DNA of 64,000 bases. Source: an uncultured Chloroflexia bacterium. Lineage in GTDB: Bacteria > Chloroflexota > Limnocylindria > Limnocylindrales > CSP1-4. The notes under the pieces were generated by a model. That model worked only from the letters and a program-made list of their open reading frames with translations. It made no database searches and was not told the DNA's origin. The translations under genes were made by a program, and so were the position numbers. Positions 46,389-55,788 of this stretch are shown here, in pieces (position 1 is the stretch's first letter; every line of letters begins with the position of its first letter). The DNA is taken from positions 430,716-494,715 of the forward strand of contig CAWEAL010000003.1 in assembly GCA_963807035.1 (NCBI GenBank), written 5' to 3'.

Positions 46389-47270
46389 CTACCGGCCGAA
46401 GCGGCGGGCGCGCTGCTGGTAGGTGCGCAGGGCGCGCAGGAAGTCGATCTCGCGGAAGGCCGGCCAGTAGGCCTCACAGAACTGGAGCTCGGAGTAGACC
46501 GATTGCCAGGGCAGGAAGCCGGACAGGCGGACCTCGCCCGAGGTCCGGATGATCAGGTCGGGCTCGGACGAGCCGCGGGTGTAGAGGTGATCGGCGACCG
46601 ATTCCGCGGTGAGCTCGTCGGCCAGCCGGTCGGCCGGGATGCCCGCCTCGGCGGCCGCCCGGATCGTCGAGCGGAAGGCCTCGAGGAGCTCGTCCCGCCC
46701 GGAGTACGCCAGGGCGACCGTGACGTCCATCGTGCCGTCCTCGTGGGACAGGCCCGCGGACGCGTCGACCACTGATCGAAGGCCCTCGGGCAGGAGGTCG
46801 CGCCGGCCGATCACCCGCAGGTGGATCGGCAGCCGGGTCTTCCGTCGCCCCTCGGCCATCGCCCGGATCGCCTCCTCGGCGACGTCGGTGATCGTGCCGA
46901 CCTCGTCGGCGGGCCGGCCCAGGTTCTCGAGCGACAGGGCCCACAGGGTGATCTCGTGGATGCCCGTCTCGGCGCACCAGTCGATCAGCTCGAGCGCCTT
47001 CTCCGCTCCGGCCCGGTGTCCTGCGCCCGGATCGGCATAGCCCTCGGACGTCGCCCAGCGGCGGTTGCCGTCCATGATCACCGCGATGTGCTCGGGCCGG
47101 GGCTCGGAGAGCACCCGGGCCCGGAGGCGCTGGAGGTAGAAGGCGTAGACCGGCGCGAGCGCCAGGTCGCGGGCCCGCCGATAGGCCGGACCGAGGCGTG
47201 CCCGGAGGCTCCGGGTCCGCCGGACCGGGGCAGCGGCCGGTGCCGGGCGGGCCGGCAGTCCGGGAGTCAC
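46389..47270 (-). CDS. uppS: isoprenyl (undecaprenyl/decaprenyl) diphosphate synthase, cis-prenyltransferase
   Basis: The motifs are HIAVIMDGNRRWA, ITLWALSLENL, IRTSGEVRLSGFLPWQS.YSEL and WPAF. Confidence 0.88.
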   Translation of the reverse strand: MTPGLPARPAPAAAPVRRTRSLRARLGPAYRRARDLALAPVYAFYLQRLRARVLSEPRPEHIAVIMDGNRRWATSEGYADPGAGHRAGAEKALELIDWCAETGIHEITLWALSLENLGRPADEVGTITDVAEEAIRAMAEGRRKTRLPIHLRVIGRRDLLPEGLRSVVDASAGLSHEDGTMDVTVALAYSGRDELLEAFRSTIRAAAEAGIPADRLADELTAESVADHLYTRGSSEPDLIIRTSGEVRLSGFLPWQSVYSELQFCEAYWPAFREIDFLRALRTYQQRARRFGR

Positions 47271-47286
47271 GCCGGCGACCCGGGCC

Positions 47287-48219
47287 TCAGTTCAGCCCGG
47301 AGTAGGCATGGAGCCCGGAGAACCACAGGCTTCCCGAATAGGTCACCAGGACCATTCCGAAGCCGACCACGAGCAGGAGCGCGGCCGGCCGGCCGGCCCA
47401 GGCCCGTTGGTTCCGGGCGTGGAGGTAGACCGCGTAGGTCAGCCAGGTGACGAGGGCCGAGGTCTCCTTCGGGTCCCAGCCCCAGTAGCGCGACCAGGCG
47501 ATCGACGCCCAGAAGCTGCCCAGGATGATCATCGTGGCGAAGATCGGGAAGCCCACGATCACCGACCGGTAGGCGACCTCGTCGAGGACCTTGTGGGAGG
47601 GCAGCCAGCCGAACCGGTCGGTCGCACCCTGGAACAGGTAGCCCACGCCGGCCGCGAAGCTCGTGGCGAAGATGCCGTAGGCGATCGTGGCCATCCCGAC
47701 GTGGATCGTCAGCAGCGGTGCGTTGTCGAGGGCCGGCACGAGCGGGATGATCTCGTTCGGCAGGGTCGTGCTGTACAGGAACAGGGCCAGGGCGACGCCG
47801 GTCGGGATGAACCCGATCGAGCGGATCGGGTAGCGCCGGCTCAGGATCAGGTAGCCGACCAGGATCGTGAACGTGAAGGCAACGGTGAACTCCTCCATGT
47901 TGCCCCACGGTCCCCGGCCGACCACGATCGCCCGCATCAGCATCGAGGCGCCGAGCAGCGTCGCCGTGATCACGGTCAGGCCCCAGGCGAACGGAGCCGC
48001 GGCCGACCGCGGCTCGATCCCCGCCGCGAGCGCCGCATCGCGGCCCTCGACGAACGAGCCGGTGACGACGCCGGCGAAGGCAGGCTGGCGGGCCGGGCTG
48101 AACGCCGCCGCGAGCCGCCGCCCATGGGCGAGCAGGACCGCATGGACGACATGGGCACCGAAAGCCAGGACCAGCAGGATGCCGGCCGCCGTGTAGAAGA
48201 TCAGTGAGCCACTCGCCAC
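47287..48219 (-). CDS. ccsA: cytochrome c biogenesis protein CcsA/ResC (system II heme handling)
   Basis: 310-aa polytopic ORF with the Trp-rich WWD motif WASIAWSRYWGWDPKETSALVTW and conserved His residues. Confidence 0.85.
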   Translation of the reverse strand: MASGSLIFYTAAGILLVLAFGAHVVHAVLLAHGRRLAAAFSPARQPAFAGVVTGSFVEGRDAALAAGIEPRSAAAPFAWGLTVITATLLGASMLMRAIVVGRGPWGNMEEFTVAFTFTILVGYLILSRRYPIRSIGFIPTGVALALFLYSTTLPNEIIPLVPALDNAPLLTIHVGMATIAYGIFATSFAAGVGYLFQGATDRFGWLPSHKVLDEVAYRSVIVGFPIFATMIILGSFWASIAWSRYWGWDPKETSALVTWLTYAVYLHARNQRAWAGRPAALLLVVGFGMVLVTYSGSLWFSGLHAYSGLN

Positions 48220-48270
48220 GGTCCTACTCCTGTGCTTGCAACATCGAGACGAGCCGGCTGCCGGTCGGGC

Positions 48271-48753
48271 TCAGGCTGCCGCCGCCCCACCGGGCGGCGG
48301 CCCGGCCGGTTGGAGCGCGCGCGCAGACACCCGGCGGTCGACCTTGAGCACGAGTCCGCAATTGGTGCAGGTGGTCACCCCGGCGAAGCGGGCGATGCCG
48401 CACATCGGGCACGTCACCGACAGCCGGCCGCCGGTGTCGTTCTCGACGGTCCCCGGCGGGTAGATCAGGCCGCTCTGCGGGTCGTACGGCTCGCCGGGCG
48501 GGAAGAGCGGCAAGCCGTCCGCGGCAATCAAGGCCGGCCGGGCGCCCTCGACGAACCGGAGCCTGGTCCGCGGCCGGCGCACGAAGTAGTAGAACCAGAG
48601 CAGGGCCAGGAGCGTGACCAGTGGCCCGATCACGCCGACGAGCAGGAAGAGCGGCAGGAGCCCGATGAGCGAGCCCCAGTCCGGGCTGACGACCTTGGCA
48701 ATCAGGTCGAGGGCCTGCGTCCACAGGTTGCTGATCTGGTCGGGCAGGTTCAC
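48271..48753 (-). CDS. membrane protein with C-terminal zinc ribbon, unknown function
   Basis: 160-aa ORF with one or two TM helices (LIGLLPLFLLVGVIGPLVTLLALLWFYYF) and C-terminal CPMCG...CTNCG. An ATGA overlap joins it to the upstream NYN gene. Confidence 0.5.
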   Translation of the reverse strand: MNLPDQISNLWTQALDLIAKVVSPDWGSLIGLLPLFLLVGVIGPLVTLLALLWFYYFVRRPRTRLRFVEGARPALIAADGLPLFPPGEPYDPQSGLIYPPGTVENDTGGRLSVTCPMCGIARFAGVTTCTNCGLVLKVDRRVSARALQPAGPPPGGAAAA

Positions 48754-49403
48754 GGCCGCATTCTAGCCCGTCGGCGCGGATTGCCGGTCTTCGCCGTGGC
48801 GCCTCGCCCGGGTCGCCATCCGGGCCGGTCGGGCCCCTCCTCGGCCTCCGGTGGCGGCGCCGCTTGCGGCGATCGCGACGCACCGACGCCCGGAGCGCTC
48901 AGGCGGGTTCGCTCGAGCCGGCCGATCAGCCAGGCCGCGCCGGCCACCCGTCCGCCGCGGCGCCGGATCCGATCGCCCAGCTCGCGGTCGTCGGTCACGA
49001 CCAGGAGGGCGCCGGTCGCCCGGGCGGCGTCCTCGGCGGTGCCGCCCGAGCCGGCGGCATCGGCCACCAGCCGGTCGAGCAACGAGTCCGCGGAGTACCG
49101 GCCGCTGTGTCGGACGGTCAGCCCGTTGGCGATCCGGACGCCGGCCAGCCCATGCTCCGGGGCTCCGTCCAGGATCAGCTCGATCCGGGTCGTCGCCGGG
49201 ATCACCGCACGCAGCCGGCCGACGAGGGCGGCCGCGGGCTGGGGTGCCGGTGCGGGCCGTGGGCGCGATGCCGGCCCGGTCCGGTTCATCCGGAAGAGGA
49301 GGTTCGTGCCGTCGATCAGGAGGCGCTCCACGCCGGTCAGCGGGTCGCGGCTCGGGTGGGCGTCGGGCCGGCCCCGGCCGATCGGCTGGTTCATGACGGC
49401 CAT
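48750..49403 (-). CDS. NYN/YacP-like (PIN-fold) predicted ribonuclease
   Basis: The motifs are LLIDGTNLLF, IELILDGAP, VRHSGRYSADSLL and LLVVTDDRELGDRIRRRGGRV. The order and spacing match YacP/Rae1-family NYN domains. Confidence 0.6.
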   Translation of the reverse strand: MAVMNQPIGRGRPDAHPSRDPLTGVERLLIDGTNLLFRMNRTGPASRPRPAPAPQPAAALVGRLRAVIPATTRIELILDGAPEHGLAGVRIANGLTVRHSGRYSADSLLDRLVADAAGSGGTAEDAARATGALLVVTDDRELGDRIRRRGGRVAGAAWLIGRLERTRLSAPGVGASRSPQAAPPPEAEEGPDRPGWRPGRGATAKTGNPRRRARMRP

Positions 49404-49472
49404 CGTGACACGCCCGGCGCGGGCTGTCCGCAGAAGGCGGTGTGCCCGCAGCGGCGCTCCCGCCGCCGACTG

Positions 49473-49478
49473 TAGGCT
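49473..49478 (+). promoter_or_regulatory. -10 element TAGGCT, 7 nt upstream of GTG 49486
   Basis: The sequence reads tgTAGGCTtcggagcGTG. Confidence 0.4.
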
Positions 49479-49485
49479 TCGGAGC

Positions 49486-50331
49486 GTGCTCCTCCTCGTC
49501 GACCTCGACGGTGTCGTCTACCGCGGCACCGAGCCGATCCCGGGAATCGCCGCGCTGCTGGCCCGCCGGGCCGCTGCCGGAGATGTGGTCGTCTACGTCA
49601 CGAACAACTCGATGTGGTATCGGACCGATTACGTCGACCGGCTGCTCGCCCTGGGCGCACCGGTCTCGGCCGACAGGATCGTCAGCTCACCCCGGGCGAC
49701 CGCCCTCTACCTGCGCCAGGTCGACCCGATGCTCGAGCGTGTCCTCGCCCTGGGCGGTGCGGGCCTCGGCCGGGAGCTCGAGGATGCCGGCTTCCAGGTC
49801 GTGATGGCCGGCGACGCCGCCGCTCGGGTGATCCGGGAGGGGATCGATCGGTTCGAGGCGGCCGGCCGACCGGGCGCCGTGGTCGTCGGCCTCGACCCGG
49901 ACGTCAGCTGGGAGCGGCTGGCCGTCGCGTCGAGCTCGATCCGGGCGGGCGCCCGCTTCGTCGTGACGAACCGCGATCCGGTCTACCCGACCGAGCGCGG
50001 ATTGATGCCCGGCGCCGGCGCGCTCGTGGCGGCGGTCGAGGCGGCCAGCGGCCGGAGCCCGGTCTCGATCGGCAAGCCCGAGCCGCTCCTGCTCGAGGAG
50101 GCGGCCCGCGTCGCCGGCGTCGATCCGCGGACGGCGGTGATGATCGGCGACTCGATCCGGACCGACCTGCCGGCCGCCCGGGCCGTCGGGGCGCGCTGCA
50201 TCGTGATGCTGACCGGGGTCACCTCCCGGGCCGAGGTCGAGGCGCTCGCGCTCGACCAGCGGCCGGCCGCCGTCGCGGCCGATGCGGCCGAGCTCGAGGC
50301 CGCCCTCGCGAGCCTGCGCGAGACGGGCTAG
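49486..50331 (+). CDS. HAD-IIA family hydrolase (NagD-like phosphatase)
   Basis: The motifs are LLLVDLDGVVYRG..PIPG, VTNNS, GKPEP and MIGDSIRTDL. Only the last 281 codons of ORF 48232-50331 are protein-like. Confidence 0.8.
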   Translation: MLLLVDLDGVVYRGTEPIPGIAALLARRAAAGDVVVYVTNNSMWYRTDYVDRLLALGAPVSADRIVSSPRATALYLRQVDPMLERVLALGGAGLGRELEDAGFQVVMAGDAAARVIREGIDRFEAAGRPGAVVVGLDPDVSWERLAVASSSIRAGARFVVTNRDPVYPTERGLMPGAGALVAAVEAASGRSPVSIGKPEPLLLEEAARVAGVDPRTAVMIGDSIRTDLPAARAVGARCIVMLTGVTSRAEVEALALDQRPAAVAADAAELEAALASLRETG

Positions 50332-51360
50332 CCGGCGGCCCCGGCGGTCAGCTCGGGCACGTCGATCGCCCAGCGCTCGAACCCCGCCCGGAGCGGCCCG
50401 ATCACCTCCGGCTCGCAGAAGGCAACGTCGAGGCCGTGGAGGTCGATCGCCCACAGCTCGGGCAGGCTCAGCCCGATCTCCTCGACCGCCCGGACGTACT
50501 CCTCGGACAGGAGCGTGTCGGAGACCGTCGAGTCGTCGGTGCTGAGAGGCTGACCGGCACGCCCGGCCCGGAGCAGCCGGGCGAGCGGGTGGGCCGCCAC
50601 CGAGGGCACGATCCCGGCCTGGACGTTGCTCGTCGGGCACAGGTCGAGGGTGACGCCGCGCCGGCGGAGCTCGGCGCAGCAGGCGGGGTCGTCGATCGCG
50701 CCCGGGCCGTGGGCGATCCGCTCCGGATCGACGGCCAGCGCCCGGCGAACCTGGGCCGCGCCGCCCCACTCGCCGGCGTGGAGGGTGATCCGCAGGCCCC
50801 CGGACGCGGGCGATCTCGAAGGCGCGCCGGAGCACGAGAGGATCCGGAGTACGCCGCCTCCGGCCCGGCCAGGTCCCAGCCGGTGAGGCCCTCGTCGCGG
50901 AAGCGGACGGCGGTCCCGGCCAGCTCGGCCACGGCCGCCGGGTCGTGCGCTGCGGAGGGCGGTGCAGATCAGCCGGACGATCGCTGCCCGTCCGGGCGGC
51001 CCCGTCACGGGCGCCCCGGCAGACCGCAGCGATCCCGTCCCGGACCGACAGGCCGCGACCGGGGTGGAGCCGCGGTCCCCAGCGGATCTCGACGTAGCGG
51101 ACGCTCGTCGGCGGCCTTCGTCTCGACCAGCTCGGCGGTCACCTGCTCGAGCGCTTCGGCGTCCTGCAGCAGCGCGATCGGCAGGTCGAAGCGCGGTCAG
51201 CAGCTCGGCCTGGGAGGCGCCCCGGGCCGGAGCGACGAGCGCCTCGAACATCGTGGCGTAGGTCGCGCGGCGCGTCGACGCCGCGGGTCCGGGCGAGCTC
51301 CAGCGCGGTCTCGACCCGGAGCGAGCCGTCGAGGTGAAGGTGGAGCTCCGCCTTGGGCAT
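50328..51360 (-). pseudogene. add: adenosine deaminase; multiple frameshifts, probably assembly indels
   Basis: The N-terminus has MPKAELHLHLDGSLR. The middle has ITLHAGE. The C-terminus has LDLCPTSN.Q and LSTDD (recovered only by combining two frames), then WAIDLHGLDVAF. Confidence 0.75.
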
Positions 51361-51433
51361 CGCCGCCGCGAGCCGGCGCAACGGAGGTCCCTGGAGCGGG
51401 CCGGCCTTGGACGATCGGATCACCCGGCGATGC

Positions 51434-51439
51434 TACCCT
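51434..51439 (+). promoter_or_regulatory. -10 element TACCCT, 6 nt upstream of ATG 51446
   Basis: The sequence reads tgcTACCCTccgaccATG. Confidence 0.4.
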
Positions 51440-51445
51440 CCGACC

Positions 51446-52403
51446 ATGTCAATCGTGGTCGTCACCGGCGCCAGCGGCTTTGTCGGCAGTCACGTCGTCC
51501 CGGAGCTGATCGACGGCGGGCACCAGGTGATCGCCCTCGTCCGGAGCGAGGCGGCCGGCCGGAAGATCCTCGGCCGCCTGCCGGCGGATGCTCGGGCGAG
51601 GGTCGAGCTTCGAAGCGGCGACGTCACCGACCCGGTCATCGCTCGAGCCGGCCCTGGCCGGCGCCGACGCGGTCGTCCACCTCGTGGCGCTCCCGCGGGA
51701 CTGGAGCGGCGGCCGGGACCTCGAGCGGGTGAACCTCGGGGGGACCCGCAACGTGATCGAGGCCGCCCAGGCGGCCGGGCGTCCGGCGGCTCGTCCACCA
51801 TGGGCGCGCTCGGTGTCGCCGACGAGCCCCACCTCCACTACGCGAGCTCGAAGGCCCGGGCCGAGGCGCTCGTTCGGGCGAGTTCGGCTCGACTGGACGA
51901 TCCTCAAGCCGTCGCTCCTGTGGGGCGAGCGGCGACGGCTTCTTCAACATCGTGGCCGGCCTCGTCCGGATGTCGCCCGGCATCGTGCCGGTCCCGGGCA
52001 ACGGCCAGACCCGCTTCCAGCCCCTCGCCGTCGAGCGACGCGCGTCGTGGCGATCCGCCTGTCGGTCGAGCGGCCGTCCACGATCGGGCAGATGTACGAG
52101 CTCGGCGGTCCGCGCTACTGGACCTATCGCGAGATCACCCGGGAGGTGCTTCGGCGGGATGGGCACGCCGGCGGCTGATCGTGCCCGATGCCCGGTTGCC
52201 GCTCATCTCGCTCGTCGCCCGGACGGCCGAGGCCGTCCACCTGCCGTTCCCGGTCGCGACGCGACCAGCTGCGCCAGCTCAGGATCGACAACATCGGTCC
52301 CCTCGACGGCTACCAGGCGGCCTTCGGGTTCGCCCCACGGGCGATGGCCGGCAACCTGGGCTACCTGGCCCGATCGGTGGCCGAGCAGGAACCGCGGGCG
52401 TGA
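51446..52403 (+). pseudogene. NAD(P)H-binding NmrA/NDUFA9-like epimerase/dehydratase-family protein; multiple frameshifts, probably assembly indels
   Basis: MSIVVVTGASGFVGSHVV (Rossmann GxxGxxG) is followed, across frames, by ADAVVHLVAL, VNLGGTRNVIEAA, HYASSKARAEALV, WTILKPSLLWG, MYELGGP.YWTYREI and a C-terminal DQLRQL..DNI. Confidence 0.7.
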
Positions 52404-53387
52404 GCGCGCCGGCCGCGCCCGTCAGGCCGACCTCCCGGCTCGTCCGGGCCGCCTCGGCGGCCGGTTGGCTGCTCGCCGCCGTCGCACTCGCCTCGGGTCG
52501 GCCGGGATCGTCGGCGGGATGAGCCGGTCGCCCGCCAGCGGCGGCCGGCCGGAGCTCACCTGGGCGAACGACCAGGCTGTCCAGCCGGGCCTGGCGACTG
52601 CCTCGACCGACCTGAGCCAGCTGTCCGTGGCAGTCGACCAGCTCGGCCAGCTCGGCCGGGACGCGATCGCCGACCTCGTGAACCGCGATACGAACCATCT
52701 CAAGCGACGATCGGCGCCGGCACGACCCTGACCACGACGATCGGCCGGGACACCGCCGCGATCCGGGTCAAGCTCGCATCGCTGCCGGTGATCGGCACCG
52801 GCGACGAGACGATGATCGGGGCGGACCTGCGCCAGCGCTACGACGCGATCTCGGTCGCGCTTGCGACCACGGCCGGCCTCCAGACGCTCGTGGGTCGAGC
52901 TGACGACCGGCAGCGCCGTCGCGACGGCGCTGACGACCGACCTGCTCCGACCACGACATGAACGCCGGCCGGCTGTCAAGCTGGGCAGCACCGCCCAGTA
53001 CGCCAAGGCGCTCGCGGCGATGGCCAAGGCCGAGGCCTCGCTCGCCTCGGCGAGCACTCGCGGGACGCCCTCGCCAACACGGTCGACGTCACGATCCTGA
53101 CCGAGTGGATCGACCGCAACGCGGCCTTCGACACGGCCGCCACCGCGCTCTACAGGCTGCTCGAGGCGTCGCCTCACAAGGTGACCCCGGCGTCCGGACG
53201 GCATTCGCGAACCTCGCCGCGGCCAAGGCCAACCTGCCGCCCGACACGACGGGCCTCGTCGTGATCCTCGACCGACATCGCCCGGGGCGGGCTCAACCAG
53301 GCCGTGATCGCGATCGAGGAGGCCCGGGGCAACCTGTCGACCGCCGTCGCGCTGATTGCCGGAGCGAGCCCGCTGCCTGCGCCCTGA
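52400..53387 (+). pseudogene. hypothetical secreted/membrane-anchored alpha-helical protein; multiple frameshifts
   Basis: GTG 52400 overlaps the previous stop (GTGA). An N-terminal hydrophobic AAGWLLAAVALA is followed by Ala/Leu/Thr-rich helical segments recoverable only by switching frames. No family was recognised. Confidence 0.35.
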
Positions 53388-53463
53388 GCCGACGGTACAC
53401 TGCCCGGAGCGCAGCCATCCCGGACCCTGGGTCGGGCTTTCCGACCAGGAGGTTCGCGGACGC

Positions 53464-55049
53464 ATGCAGCTTCGCATCGTCACCGACCAGCCGTGGGACG
53501 CGCGCGGCCGACGTCCTGGTCGTCCCGATCGTCGGCGAGCCGGCGTTCGAGGGCAGCTCGGACGAGCTCGACCGGCGGACCGGCGGCGAGCTGCGCGCCC
53601 TCGCACGCGTTCGGCGAGCTGTCGGCCAAGCGCTACGGCGCGGCCCTCGCGGCGCCCGGCGAGCTGCCCGCCGGGCGGCTCCTGGCGGTCGGCGGCCGGC
53701 GACGCCGAGACGTTCGACCGCGAGACGGCCCGTCACGGCTCGCGCGCCGCGATCGAGCGCCGGCTCGGTCGGCCGGGCGGTCGCATCGCCTGGCGATCTG
53801 GCTGGCGCCCATCGCGGAGGCGCCTGGACGGCGGCGAGACGCGCTCGCCGCCGAGCTCGTCGCCCGCGGCGTCGTCGAGGGCGGCTTCGAGCCCAAGACG
53901 ATCTACCGCGAGGACTCGCGACGCGGCGCCCGCCGGCCCTCGACGAGCTGGTGCTGGTCGCCGCCCGGCGGCGACGCGGCCGCCGCTGCGCGCCGGCGCC
54001 GAGCGCGGCCGGATCATCGGCGAGGGCGCCAACATCGCCCGCCGCCTCGCCAACCGCGCCGCCAACGACGTCACGCCCGCTCGTCCTCGCCGACGAGGCC
54101 CGCGCGATCGCCGAGGCGCACGGGCTCTGCGATCGACGTCATCGACGAGCAGCGCGCCGCCGAGCTGGGCATGGGCATGTTCCTCGCCGTCGGCCAGGGC
54201 AGCGACAACCCGCCGCGGATGATCGTCATGCGCTCCGGCGGCGAGGGCGAGCAGGACGCCTCGGCCGCCACCTCGCGCGATCGTCGGCAAGGGCGTCTGC
54301 TTCGACTCCGGCGGCATCAGCATCAAGCCGGCCGACCGGATGGAAGAGATGAAGATGGACAAGACCGGTGCGTGCACCGTGATCGCGGCCATCGCCACCG
54401 TCGTCGCGCCTCGCGCCCGGCACTGCCGCTGCTGGCGGTCGCGCCGGCGGTCGAGAACATGCCCGGCGGCCACTGCGACCCGCCCCGGCGACATCGTCCG
54501 GGCGCTCAACGGCAAGTGGGTCGACATCATCAACACCGACGCCGAGGGCCGGCTGATCCTGGGCGACGCGATGACCTACGCCGAGCAGCTCGGCGCCACG
54601 CACCTCGTGGACGTGGCGACGCTCACCGGCGCCGTCGGCCGGGCGCTCGGCAACCTGGTCACCGGCGCGTTCGCGACGCCCGACCCGTGGTGGGACGAGG
54701 TCGACGGCGGCGGCCGAGCGCGCCGGCGAGCGCTACTGGCGCTTCCCGCTGGTCGAGGACTACATGCCCGAGATGGAGAGCTGGTACGGCGACTTCCAGA
54801 ACACCGGCACCGCCGAGGGCTCGCTCGTGCAAGAGCGGCCTGTTCCTCGACGCGAGTTCCGGACGGTGCCGTGGGCCCACCTCGACATCGGCGGCACCGC
54901 GCTACTTCCGCAAGGCGCTCCCGTACGCGACGCGCGGCGCCGACGGGCGTGACGCACGCGACGCTCGTCGAGCTGGCGCTGGCGGGCACGGGGCTGACGC
55001 TCGGACCACTCGCAGGGGCCCGGCGCCCCGTAGACTCGCCCGGTGCTGA
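53464..55049 (+). pseudogene. pepA: leucyl aminopeptidase (M17); many frameshifts, probably assembly indels
   Basis: AGGAGG lies upstream of ATG 53464. The fragments are ADVLVVPIV, NIARRLANRAANDVTP, MGMFLAVGQGS..PPRMIVM, VGKGVCFDSGGISIKP...MKMDKTGA, INTDAEGRLILGDAMTYA and WAHLDIGGTA. The 3' end is approximate. Confidence 0.8.
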
Positions 55050-55704
55050 CGCCGCTCGCGGCTCGCTGCTCGCGCTCGTCGGCGGGGCCTGGGGCCTCGC
55101 CGCCGACCGGATCGCCGCGCGCTGGCCGGCGCACGACGACGGGCTCGGTCGGGCGCGCTCGACTGGCGGACGCCGGTCGTCGCGATCGTGGGCGCGCGTC
55201 GCGCTTGGGGGCGCTCGGCCGTGCGCTTCGCGGAGCCCCGTGCCGGCGCGTCGTCTTCGGCGCCTACGCTCGTGGCGCTGGTCCTGCTGCTCGCCACGGA
55301 CCTCGACCAGCGGCTGCTGCCCGACGTGATCACGCTGCCCGCGATCCCGCTCGCGCTCGTGCTTCGGCCTGACCGGCCTCAACCCGCTGGTCGGCGCCGT
55401 CCGGGCGATGCTGCCGGTCGCGACTCGCGTGGCGATCGCCGTGCCGCGGTCTGTCTTGGCGTGGTCTCGATCCCGTTCGGCGCGGGCGCGCTTCGGCCAG
55501 GGCGACGTCAAGCTCCTCGTGTCCGTCGGCCTGATGGCCGGCCTGGTGCGGACCGGTTCTGGGGGTCGATCGTACGGGTCCTGCTGGCGGGGGTCGTGAT
55601 CGTGGTGCTGCTCCTGGCCCGGCGGATCACGCTGCAAGAGCTTCGTCCCGTACGGGCCGTTCCTGATCATCGGCGCGATCTGGGCGGTCCTGCTCCAGTC
55701 GTAA
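55043..55704 (+). pseudogene. prepilin peptidase (A24 family, CpaA/TadV-like); frameshifted
   Basis: The fragments are LLALVGGAWGLAADRIAARWP, LLLATDLDQRLLPDVITLPAIPL, FGQGDVKLLVSVGLMAG and VPYGPFLIIGAIWAVLL. Both catalytic Asp contexts are present. The boundaries are approximate. Confidence 0.6.
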
Positions 55705-55776
55705 GGGCCATCCGGCAGGGGGCTATCCGTAGGGGTGGCGGACCTCGCGTTTTCGGGGTAGGGTGGACGACCGGGG

Positions 55777-55782
55777 TATCAT
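55777..55782 (+). promoter_or_regulatory. -10 element TATCAT, 6 nt upstream of GTG 55789
   Basis: The sequence reads gggTATCATgccccgGTG. Confidence 0.4.
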
Positions 55783-55788
55783 GCCCCG

